Notes under the pieces: model-generated
What the model saw: the letters and a program-made list of their open reading frames with translations, nothing else
Database searches by the model: none
Told to the model about the DNA's origin: nothing
Sequence record: SRR31156797_3892
DNA length: 34,825 bases
Reading direction: 5' to 3' (one strand)
Part shown: positions 1 through 9,700 of the stretch, in pieces
Layout: every line of letters starts with the position of its first letter
Position numbering within the stretch: the first letter of the stretch is position 1
Made by a program: the position numbers and the translations under genes

Positions 1-2
1 TT

Positions 3-191
3 CTGGAAACAGAATTCAACGGTATTGCAGTTGACCCTTACGGACAAACAAAAGCCGGATTTGAATTGACCGGTGAAATCAATCGCAAGGACTTTGGCCT
101 GAAATGGTCAGCCGTTACCGAAGCCGGAAATGTGGTGGTTTCGGATAAGATAAAATTGCTTATTGGCGCTCAGCTTGTGAAGCAGGCTTAA
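3..191 (+). CDS. YceI family (polyisoprenoid-binding, lipocalin-like) protein, C-terminal part (5' truncated by window edge)
   Basis: Manual translation from position 3: LETEFNGIAVDPYGQTKAGFELTGEINRKDFGLKWSAVTEAGNVVVSDKIKLLIGAQLVKQA*. It carries the YceI motifs DP(Y/W)G...AGF...G.INRKDFG..W. TAA at 189-191. Confidence 0.9.
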   Translation: METEFNGIAVDPYGQTKAGFELTGEINRKDFGLKWSAVTEAGNVVVSDKIKLLIGAQLVKQA

Positions 192-254
192 CTGCTAACT
201 TGATCTGTGCCGCGAATTACAATCCATTATCAATCATAATTCTCTGAAATGAAT

Positions 255-295
255 ACTCTCCGGATTAATCTATAAATTGGTCCGGAGAGTTATTT
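255..295 (+). terminator. Probable intrinsic terminator after yceI
   Basis: Inverted repeat ACTCTCCGGA (255-264) / TCCGGAGAGT (281-290), followed by TATTT. Confidence 0.6.
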
Positions 296-744
296 ACATA
301 AAAACGCGTAGGAGATTAATAAACTTATTGTCGTGAAAACCTTGCCGGCATCAAAAATCCTAAAAAAAACAATAGCCTGTAACCATCAACCTTTATGAAC
401 GCTCTGTTATATTAATCCCGACTACCTGTACGGAAAACCAAAAATTATCTCCCTTCACCGGTGACATAAATCATCAACCCGGGTAATCCACACCTAAAAT
501 CCCAGTTAGATTTTCCAGATCAAATTTCAACTTCTTTCTTGCCTCGGGTGGCCCCTGGCATCTCAGCTCTGCTCATGTTTACCATCCGTTACCTGATTTC
601 TTCCGGCCGTGGACTGTAACCTGTCATCCATAAACTGAAAGCAGGTTGCTTTCACTCCCGGCGTGACGTACCTTTAGAATGAAATTAGATCACTAACTCC
701 TCCTGACGATTCCTCCAGAACTTCAGGACCAAAAATTCAAGACT

Positions 745-2835
745 ATGAAAAATAAGCATGTATTCAGAAAAAGTGCAATACCTAAAAAAAAACGTCTCCA
801 TGATGAAATCATTTATTACCTCATTACGGTTGTTTTCCTCATCATAATTTCCATTCCGGGTTATGGGCAATCAGGGATGATAAAGGGAAAGGTAATGGAT
901 AAGGCCACGAAAGAGCCAATCCCCTTTGCCAATGTAGCGGTTAAAAGTGGGGGTGCATTAATAACCGGGACAACCACAGACTTTGACGGGAATTACATAA
1001 TCAGACATATTTCACCGGGATTATATGAGCTGAACGCCAGTTTTGTCGGCTGCAAGACTGCTGTTGTTAAAGGAGTTATGATCAATTCTGATCAAATTAC
1101 TTTCCAGGATATTCAATTGGAAGTTACCGCAGAAACACTTGATGTAGTTGAGGTCGTCAGCTATAAAGTTCCATTAATTTCAAAAGACAGAACCACTTCA
1201 GGGGCAACAGTTACGAGCAGCGCTATCAGTAAGTTGCCCGGAAGAAGTTCAAACACAGCGGCAACAAAAGTCGGTGGCGTTTTTTCCGGAAACAGCAAAA
1301 AAAGTCGTGTCAGGGGAGCAAGGAATAATCATAGTGTGATGTATATTAACGGTGTAAAAGTAACCGGATCAGAAGCCACCACACCTGACCTACAGGCAAA
1401 AAACGAGTCCCATTCTGAGGCAGCAGAACCATTGCACCATAAACTTACTGCAGGCGAAATAAACGATTTCAGCAAATGGAAATACTGGACCGGTGCTGCC
1501 AGTGATGAGTTTGAACTATTCAAACAAACCTGGGGTATATTTCCGCAAAACCGTTATTGCGTACAGGTTATGAATGAAAATGGATTCCCCGTAGTCGGGT
1601 GTAAGGCCATGCTTGTGGATGAGACTGGCAACGCGCTCTGGACTGCTAAGACTGACAATACCGGAAAAGCCGAATTGTGGAAAGATATTTTTAACGAAAG
1701 TGATGAAAAAGAAAAAGTAAAGGTTCTGCTCGAAAAGGATGGTATTTACGAAACCATTAAAAAACCAAAGAATATAAGCAAAGGTGTAAACACGGTGATA
1801 CTGAAATCAGATTGTGATCCTTCAAAACAAGTTGATGTGATGTTTACAATTGATGCAACCGGTTCGATGGATGACGAAATCGACTACCTGAAAGCCGAAC
1901 TGAAAAACATTATCAACAGTTTCGCTGATCAAAATCCGGAATTGGAATTGAGGCTGGGCAGTGTTTTTTACAGGTGCTTCGGAAATGAATATGTAACACG
2001 TAAAGCTGATTTTTCTGCTGATATAAACCAAATTGTCGGGTTTATCAGAAATCAGAATAGCGGAGAAGGTGGCACCGAAGCGGTTGAAGAAGCTTTGCGA
2101 GTTTCGGTTGAAGAAATGGACTGGAGCGAAGATGCAAGAGCCAAAATTATGTTCATCATTCTGGATGAACCCCCCGGCCAGGATCCTGAAATAAAAGCCA
2201 CTTTAAAGGAACAGATAGCAAAAGCCGCGGATATGGGTATCAGGATTATACCCGTTGTAGCAAGCGGGATGTTTGAATATGAATCAGATAAAACACTTGA
2301 GTTCCTGATGCGATCAATTGCTTTGGCCACTAACGGAACCTATGTGTTTCTGACAGATGACAGCGGAATTGGAAATGCACATTCCCGCCCCAGTATCGAC
2401 GACTATGAAGTGGAACTTTTGAATGATCTGATAGTCCGGTTACTGCAACAATACACTTTTATCGAACCCAGTAAGGAACCTGTTGTTGAAGAAGTTGCTG
2501 AAGCTGATTCAGTTCAATGGGTTGTTGAAGAAGAGACGAGACCTCTGGAAACATTGAAAGACGAAAAATTGGTTCCGGATACACCAGGGCCAAAAGGCAA
2601 AATCTGGGTAAAAGCTTTTCCAAATCCAACTTCAGGTAAGGTAACCATTGAACACGGGAAAAAAGTAGATGAAATGTTTGTGACTGATCTGTCCGGCAAA
2701 ATCCTGATGCGCATTGAAACGGAAAGAAAAGTGGCAACCTGTGTTGACCTGTCAGCATTTCCCAATGGATTGTATTTCCTGCGTTATACCAACGTTGACC
2801 ACTGGGAAAATGCTAAAATAATCGTGCGCCATTAG
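745..2835 (+). CDS. T9SS-secreted von Willebrand factor A domain protein with N-terminal carboxypeptidase-regulatory-like domain and plug-like segment
   Basis: Hydrophobic signal-like segment. IKGKVMD...EPIPFANV...GTTTDFDGNY is CarboxypepD_reg-like. The vWA MIDAS-like motif is DVMFTIDATGSM, followed by GGTEA and ILDEPP. The C-terminus FPNPTSG...LSGK...GLYF...KII is a T9SS type-A CTD. Confidence 0.85.
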   Translation: MKNKHVFRKSAIPKKKRLHDEIIYYLITVVFLIIISIPGYGQSGMIKGKVMDKATKEPIPFANVAVKSGGALITGTTTDFDGNYIIRHISPGLYELNASFVGCKTAVVKGVMINSDQITFQDIQLEVTAETLDVVEVVSYKVPLISKDRTTSGATVTSSAISKLPGRSSNTAATKVGGVFSGNSKKSRVRGARNNHSVMYINGVKVTGSEATTPDLQAKNESHSEAAEPLHHKLTAGEINDFSKWKYWTGAASDEFELFKQTWGIFPQNRYCVQVMNENGFPVVGCKAMLVDETGNALWTAKTDNTGKAELWKDIFNESDEKEKVKVLLEKDGIYETIKKPKNISKGVNTVILKSDCDPSKQVDVMFTIDATGSMDDEIDYLKAELKNIINSFADQNPELELRLGSVFYRCFGNEYVTRKADFSADINQIVGFIRNQNSGEGGTEAVEEALRVSVEEMDWSEDARAKIMFIILDEPPGQDPEIKATLKEQIAKAADMGIRIIPVVASGMFEYESDKTLEFLMRSIALATNGTYVFLTDDSGIGNAHSRPSIDDYEVELLNDLIVRLLQQYTFIEPSKEPVVEEVAEADSVQWVVEEETRPLETLKDEKLVPDTPGPKGKIWVKAFPNPTSGKVTIEHGKKVDEMFVTDLSGKILMRIETERKVATCVDLSAFPNGLYFLRYTNVDHWENAKIIVRH

Positions 2836-2869
2836 CCCGGTAACTTTTATCAACAAATTCTCCTAAATT

Positions 2870-2906
2870 AAACCTGTTGGAATATTGAATTCTGACAGGT
2901 TTTTTT
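2870..2906 (+). terminator. Intrinsic terminator
   Basis: AAACCTGTTGGAAT / ATTCTGACAGGTTT stem (with G-U pairs) followed by a T-run. Confidence 0.75.
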
Positions 2907-2992
2907 ATTCATGCAGACCAGTAAAATGAATTTTGTTTTCACCATGAAGTCCCGGAAAAACTATTTTTGTTTTTCATTTAAAATCATGCATT

Positions 2993-4930
2993 ATGCACAA
3001 AACGGTAAAACTTTTCATCTCTGTTGCAATCATCCTTCTCATTGCATCCTGTAACAATTCATCACAAAAAAAGAATAAAAATGACAAGCCAGGAAATAAA
3101 ACGGCATTGGCCGATGTGCCTGAATGGTCCAAAAATGTTGTTTGGTACCAGATTTTTCCTGAGCGCTTTCGCAACGGTGACCCTTCAAACGATCCCACAC
3201 CCAAAGATATTGATGGCTGTTATCCTGGCTTTGTGCCCGAAAGCTGGCAGGTTACACCCTGGACGCATGACTGGTACAAGGAAGATGCATATTTTAAGGA
3301 CCTGGAAAAGGGCACTGATTTTACCGGTAACCCCATTACAAATTTTGGGCAGAAAACTCAGATGCGGCGATATGGCGGCGACCTGCAGGGGGTTTTTGAT
3401 AAACTGGATTACATAGATTCGCTGGGTGTAACAGCCATCTATTTCAATCCCCTCAACGATGCCCCATCCTTACATAAATATGATGCCCGGAACTGGCGGC
3501 ACATCGACCGGAATTTCGGGCCTACGCCTGAGCGCGATGTTAAGTTGATGGATTCGGAAATTCCGGAAGACCCGGCAACGTGGCATATGACCGGTGCCGA
3601 CAGCATGTTCGTTGCTTTAATTGATGCATTTCATGATAGGGGAATACGTGTAATCCTGGATTATTCGTGGAATCATACCGGCCATATGTGTTGGGCATGG
3701 CAGGATATCCTGGAAAAACAGGAACAATCTGAATATAAGGATTGGTACTGGGTAACAAATTTTGATGATCCAAACACCCCGGAAAATGAATTTGAATATC
3801 ATGGCTGGTTTGGTGTTTTTGATTTGCCCGAAATTCGTGAAACTGAGTTTGTTGATCATTCAGATGGCATAAAACCGGCGGAAGGTGACATTTACGATCC
3901 CGCAGCCAAACAGCACATTTTCAATGTATCAAAACGCTGGCTCGATCCCAACGGCGATGGTGATCCTGCGGATGGTGTTGATGGTTTTAGGCTCGATGTG
4001 GCTGCTGAAGTGCCGTTTGGTTTTTGGCGTGATTACCGGAAATTTGTCCGGGATATCAACCCTGATGCCTACCTGCTGGGTGAGGTCTGGTGGGAGAAGT
4101 GGCCTGATAAGCTACTGGATCCAAAACCATTCCTTGAAGGCGATGTATTTGATGCCGTAATGAATTACAGATGGTACCGCGCCGCCCGCCATTTCTTTAA
4201 TCAGTCACCCAATGAAATTCCGGTTTCCGAATTTGTGGACAGCCTGAGCAGGTTCAGGTCCAATATCCGGCCTCAAAACAGCTATGCCATGATGAACCTC
4301 ACAGCAAGCCATGACGCACCAAGGGTGCTGACTTCGATATTCAACAAAAATGCTTACAAGAAAAATTCAAAACCGGCACAGGACGAAAATTATAAAATCA
4401 ATAAACCGGATGTGGAAACTTATGAAACGCTCAAACTTTTACTGGCCCAGCAATTCACTTATATCGGTTCTCCACACATCTGGGCCGGCGATGAAATGGG
4501 CATGTGGGGCGCCGACGATCCATCAACCCGCAAGCCGCTGATCTGGAAAGATTACGATTTTGAACCTGAGATAACGCACCCGCTCGGATCTGAAAGGCCT
4601 ACAGATCAAGTAGAATTTAATGATGAATTATTTGATTACTACAGGCTGATGATTAAAATCAGGAACGAAAACCCGGTGCTGGCAACAGGCGATCTCGAGT
4701 ATCTGAAGATGGATGATGAAAACAAAATTCTGGCATACAGTCGTTTCGATGATAAAGATGAGGTAATCGTTGTTTTCAACACAGGCAGGAACCCACAAAC
4801 CGTTGAACTGCCGGTAAAATTTTCAAAAAGCTACAGGGATGTTTTGAATCACCTCAAAATTTCGCAATCCGAAAATTCGATTGAAGTGAACCTCATGAGC
4901 AGGGCTGCTGCGATTTTGGTGGTGGAATAA
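2993..4930 (+). CDS. GH13 alpha-amylase family (neopullulanase/cyclomaltodextrinase-like) lipoprotein
   Basis: Lipobox IASC. WYQIFPERF.NGD, YGGDLQG and HKYD motifs. Catalytic regions GFRLDVA (Asp), LLGEVW (Glu) and SHD (Asp). Confidence 0.92.
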   Translation: MHKTVKLFISVAIILLIASCNNSSQKKNKNDKPGNKTALADVPEWSKNVVWYQIFPERFRNGDPSNDPTPKDIDGCYPGFVPESWQVTPWTHDWYKEDAYFKDLEKGTDFTGNPITNFGQKTQMRRYGGDLQGVFDKLDYIDSLGVTAIYFNPLNDAPSLHKYDARNWRHIDRNFGPTPERDVKLMDSEIPEDPATWHMTGADSMFVALIDAFHDRGIRVILDYSWNHTGHMCWAWQDILEKQEQSEYKDWYWVTNFDDPNTPENEFEYHGWFGVFDLPEIRETEFVDHSDGIKPAEGDIYDPAAKQHIFNVSKRWLDPNGDGDPADGVDGFRLDVAAEVPFGFWRDYRKFVRDINPDAYLLGEVWWEKWPDKLLDPKPFLEGDVFDAVMNYRWYRAARHFFNQSPNEIPVSEFVDSLSRFRSNIRPQNSYAMMNLTASHDAPRVLTSIFNKNAYKKNSKPAQDENYKINKPDVETYETLKLLLAQQFTYIGSPHIWAGDEMGMWGADDPSTRKPLIWKDYDFEPEITHPLGSERPTDQVEFNDELFDYYRLMIKIRNENPVLATGDLEYLKMDDENKILAYSRFDDKDEVIVVFNTGRNPQTVELPVKFSKSYRDVLNHLKISQSENSIEVNLMSRAAAILVVE

Positions 4931-5055
4931 GGATCAGCACCGTCCAAACCTTTTCGAATTTATTAAAGTTGCATTGAATTTCTCTGCTTGCATTGTTTTT
5001 CTTTGCTACCTTAGTGCCGGATAAGGGAAAATCAGTCCCGGCAAAAAATGGGCTT

Positions 5056-6366
5056 ATGACAGAAAAACACACTCCTCCGGAAAATGGGAGCCAAAGCATC
5101 ATGGCTATGCTGGCTTCACAAACCAGGCAGCGACACGAACAGTTAAGCAGCTTACCTTTCTTCAAAGCGCTCATCGATCACAAACTTCCGCTGGACAGCT
5201 ATGTTAACCAACTGCGTGTTCTTGCTGTGATCCACTCGGTTTTGGAACAAGAGGTCGAAAGCACAAATAATAAATTTGTAAGGCAGGTTTGGAGTGAGGA
5301 TATGCGGAAATTTGCGCTTTTGCAGGCCGATTTGAAGTTTTTTGAACCCCGGACTGTGCGTGATTCCAATGCTGCTTTGGATGAAGCTTATGAGTTTACA
5401 CGCATGATTCGGAAAACCAGAATCGATAATCCAAAGTTGCTCTTAAGCATTGTTTATGTTTTTGAGGGAACCACACTTGGCAACGATATGCATCACCAGG
5501 ATGTCATCGATACGTTCAAACTAATGAATGGAACCGGGTCCGGATATTACAGGAGTTATGGGGATGATGTCCATAATCACTGGGAAGTTTTGAAAGTTAA
5601 TATGAATCATACCTTCACAACAGCGCAGGATAAATCTGAAATTATTGCCCAGGTATTTGAGGTGTTTGACAGGCTCGAAAAAATTTACAAGAGATTATTT
5701 CCGCTGGACACCAAAGGCTTAACATCACATGTGGCACGTATTAATCCACTGGCAGGAAATCATCCCATCCCTGATGACGATCGCGAAATTGAAGCCGCAT
5801 TAAAAACAAGTAATATCCTCTGGCGGGAATTCCCTTATTATGAGCACCGGTTTGGAGAACGCGGGAAAATGTTTTCAGACAGCGACATATGCTGGCTGGC
5901 AACACTCGCAAAACTTTCCCGGGAAAATTTTGAAAGCCAAATTACCTGGTTTTCAACCGTGCTTGCTTCCAGGGGTATGCCAACCATCTTACTTGAAAAA
6001 ACCTTAATCCATTTAGGTGAAGAACTGATAGCTGCGGTTCCTGACAAAAAGTATGATTATCAGAAGTTGATTTTAAAAGGCAAAGCAATGGAGCAGGAGC
6101 GCAGAAAAAAAATTGGTGATGAACAACTTTCGGCTGTTGTAGGCGATTTTAATCGCAAAATTGGTACTGATCTGGCAACAAAACATCCCGATGTAGCAAT
6201 TCTTCTTGCAGGAGCTGCCTACGATGTTTCATGTGGCATACCCGAGGCCCTGCCTTCATTATTGGCATGGGTACATGATGGAAATGTATTTCCTGATAAA
6301 TGGATCATTGCAAGTGAAGATTTACTGGATCAGGTAAAAGCAATATTATCTATTGCAACCAAATGA
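5056..6366 (+). CDS. Heme oxygenase-like (biliverdin-producing HemO/BphO-type) domain fused to an uncharacterised C-terminal helical domain
   Basis: TRQRHEQL is the proximal His helix and YVFEGTTLG the distal helix (cf. YVxEGSxLG); L.ADL.FF also fits. About 220 extra C-terminal residues follow. Start placed at ATG 5056, downstream of a TAccTTAG promoter-like element at 5007-5014, rather than TTG 4993. Confidence 0.75.
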   Translation: MTEKHTPPENGSQSIMAMLASQTRQRHEQLSSLPFFKALIDHKLPLDSYVNQLRVLAVIHSVLEQEVESTNNKFVRQVWSEDMRKFALLQADLKFFEPRTVRDSNAALDEAYEFTRMIRKTRIDNPKLLLSIVYVFEGTTLGNDMHHQDVIDTFKLMNGTGSGYYRSYGDDVHNHWEVLKVNMNHTFTTAQDKSEIIAQVFEVFDRLEKIYKRLFPLDTKGLTSHVARINPLAGNHPIPDDDREIEAALKTSNILWREFPYYEHRFGERGKMFSDSDICWLATLAKLSRENFESQITWFSTVLASRGMPTILLEKTLIHLGEELIAAVPDKKYDYQKLILKGKAMEQERRKKIGDEQLSAVVGDFNRKIGTDLATKHPDVAILLAGAAYDVSCGIPEALPSLLAWVHDGNVFPDKWIIASEDLLDQVKAILSIATK

Positions 6367-6650
6367 ACCCTCTTTAGGTAGTTTTTTTTACTGACCCCCT
6401 CAAATTGAAATGTGAATATATCTAAATATATTCATATAGAATTTTTATAATTGCGTTAACATTTTAGGTTCTGTATGCCGGCTTCCGTATATTAGAAGCC
6501 TTCCAAAACTTAAAAAATCAAAAATTATCACGCAGGTCCTATAAGGCAGAATAATCACAAACCTACCATTGACCCAACCCCAACAGAATTAGCATCTTGC
6601 TTAAGAAACCTGAAACACGGACAAGCATTGGATAACAATGATATTTGTTT

Positions 6651-6658
6651 TATTTTTG
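6651..6658 (+). promoter_or_regulatory. Bacteroidota housekeeping -7 promoter element (TAnnTTTG)
   Basis: TATTTTTG about 60 bp upstream of the 6720 ATG. ATTG at 6627-6630 lies 20 bp upstream, in the -33 position. Confidence 0.55.
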
Positions 6659-6719
6659 ACTGCACTAAAGATAAGCGGATATTCATTATATTAATTATAC
6701 TAACCTAACAAATTCATTT

Positions 6720-9700
6720 ATGAAAAGTCGTATACCAAGTTTATTTTTAATACTGGTATTTAATCTCTCCTTTGGCTTATTTGCCTTCGGCCAAACGCAA
6801 TTCCAGTATGAGACAAAAGTGATTAATGGTGAGGAACTTGTTTTCTCATATAATCCTGAGAAGGGCAGCGAAAACACGCGTAATGATTATCCACCCATTT
6901 GGGACAATCCGGGTGGAGGCAGTTCAACCATGGGAATTATTTTAAAAATCGAGTGCAATCCTCGTGTGAACGATGTCCCGCTTGAAGCAGGTGATTTTAT
7001 TGGAGGTTTTTATACCGATGATTTTGGTGAACTGAAATGTGGAGGCGCAAGCCCATGGCCCGGAAACCTGGGTGTGGTAATGTCGTTGGTTGGAGATAAT
7101 AATGACACCCCTGAAAAAGATGGATTTACTTTTCAGGAACAGATTTATTTCCGGGTATTTTCCTGGGAAAGAATGAAAGAATATGATGTGGATGTCATCG
7201 AATTTGATCCCAACTCCCTCACCACCGACAAATGGTTTGCATTAGGCTTATCAGAGGTAATCGACCTGCAGGCCCTTGTTGATTTTGATTTTTATATCAG
7301 TGCCAGCGAAAACCCATTGTGTTTTGGCAGTGACCTGACCCTCCAGGCCAACGAATTTGTCGGCAGCAACGGGAACTATCAGTATGCATGGACATCCGAT
7401 CCTCCTGGATTTAATTTTGATATACCAAACCCGCCAACTGTAACACCAGACGAAACTACCACTTATTTCCTAACAGTTACTGATGGCAGCAATGTTTCAG
7501 ATCACGCTTTAACGGTAAATGTAAATCATGAACCTACAGTAGTACTTGCACCGGATGTTGCCATCTGTGAGGATGAAATATACGTTGCATCTGCAGAGGC
7601 TTCAGATTACTCAACCATATTGTGGACCACGTCAGGTGATGGATATTTTGTGAACGACAATGCGCTTGAAACAGCTTATTACCCCGGCCCTGTTGACAAA
7701 GCCAATGGAGAGGTTACCTTCACCTTTACCGCACAACCTATCTCACCATGCCTTCAGACGGCATCCGAAGATCAGGTTCTGGAAATTAAACAATACCCAT
7801 CTGTAAATGCCGGTGATGACATTCCGGGATGTAATAGCGACGATGGTGTTCCGATTACAGCCAATGGTATTGATTTCGAAAATGTTTCGTGGGTAACCGA
7901 TGGTGATGGCACTTTCGATAATCCAAATACGATTACCACCACTTATTACCCCGGCCCTGGAGACCTGGGCTTTGGTGAGGTTGACCTGACCGTTTGTGTA
8001 GAAGCCTCGGCTCCGTGTGTTGGAAACGATTGTGATGAAGTAACTGTTGAATTTTTTAATGGACCATCATGCAATGCGCCCCCCCAATTCACAAGATGCG
8101 AAAACCAACCCGTACAGTGCGTTGGAGTTACATTTAACAACGATGGTTTGTTATGGACCACCGCAGGCGACGGTACTTTTGATGATCCCACAGTAATAAA
8201 CGCCCAATATTATGGTGGAGAAATGGATCGGTTGAACGGCGGCACAACCATTACCCTGAATGCACTTCCTTTCGCCCCATGTACGCAGCCCGCTACAAAA
8301 GATGTTAACGTTATTTTAACCCCACTCCCGAGGTTAACAACATTTGGTGAAAACACCGATTTTATATGCCCTTTTGATGATTTCATGCAACTTGAAGCCG
8401 ATCTTCAGCATTACAATTCATTCACGTGGTCAACCAATGGCGATGGAACTTTCACGGGTTCAAATACCCTAAGCCCCCAATATTACCCGGGCACCGTGGA
8501 TTACCAAAATGAAGCTTTTGAACTTGAATTAACCGGTTCTCCCGTTTCTCCCTGTGCTACTTCTGAAACCTTCAACGCAAATACAATCATTTATTCGGAC
8601 CCCGAAGCACAAATCGATACAGAAAACGGAAGTGCCTATTGTGGTGAGGTAGACCTTGTAGCTCAAACAGATTATACAATCGGTAATAACTGGACTACCA
8701 ATGGAGACGGATTCTTTAACGACCCCACTTTGCTGAATCCGGAATATACTCCGGGCCCGCAGGATTTGGAACAACCCGAAAGCGTTACTATTACACTGGA
8801 AGCATTTTCACCATGTGCCGGATTGCCGGCAGCACAGGATCAGGTTCAACTGTTCTTTCAGGCCGAAGTATCTGTAGATGCAGGTCCCGACGCCGAAGTA
8901 TGTGAAACAGACGAATACGCGTTAGCATCGGCCTCGGCTGCCCATTTTGATAACATCGACTGGACAACAAATGGTGATGGTACATTTAACAACCCACAGG
9001 CGTTAAATCCGGTTTATTTTCCCGGAGCCAACGATATCCAGTCAGGCCAGGTTGAACTAACAATGACCGGATATTCCATTGCACCCTGTACCCTGGTTGA
9101 AACTGACCAGATTATGCTTACCATCACGGAAAGCCCTGAAGCAAATGCCGGATCCAATACTACACTTTGTGATACAGACGTATATGAAATTCAGGATGCA
9201 TCAGCAGAATTTTTTACAGATTACTTCTGGGAAACCGCTGGTGATGGCAACTTCAACGACATCAACAACCTGAGTCCTGTTTATACACCCGGCCCTGGTG
9301 ATATTGCCGCAGGCAGTGTGGAATTAACATTACAGGTTGCCGGTATTGAACCCTGTGGGTTTGTGGTTTCCGACAGCCAGGTGTTAACCATACAAAAAAG
9401 CCCGATTGCCGATGCCGGACAAAGCTCCCTGATTTGTGATAACGAAACATTACTTCTTGAAGGAGCATTTGCCGATCACTTTTCAGAGATTGCATGGATA
9501 ACCGACGGTGATGGAACCTTTGATGAACCAAACACAATCAACCCCGAATATACGCCGGGACCAGGAGACCTGAATTCCGGAAATGTAACGCTTACACTGG
9601 AAGTTTTTGCCATCGATCCCTGTAGTATCATGACTTCTGATTCGCGGGTACTTGAAATTCAGGCCAGCCCTGAATCGAATGCCGGGGACGATGCAACCAT

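Noticed and set aside
461-474. FNR-like GTGAC-ATAA-ATCAT
   Set aside because: It has three mismatches to the consensus and lies far from the next start codon, so it is likely a chance match.
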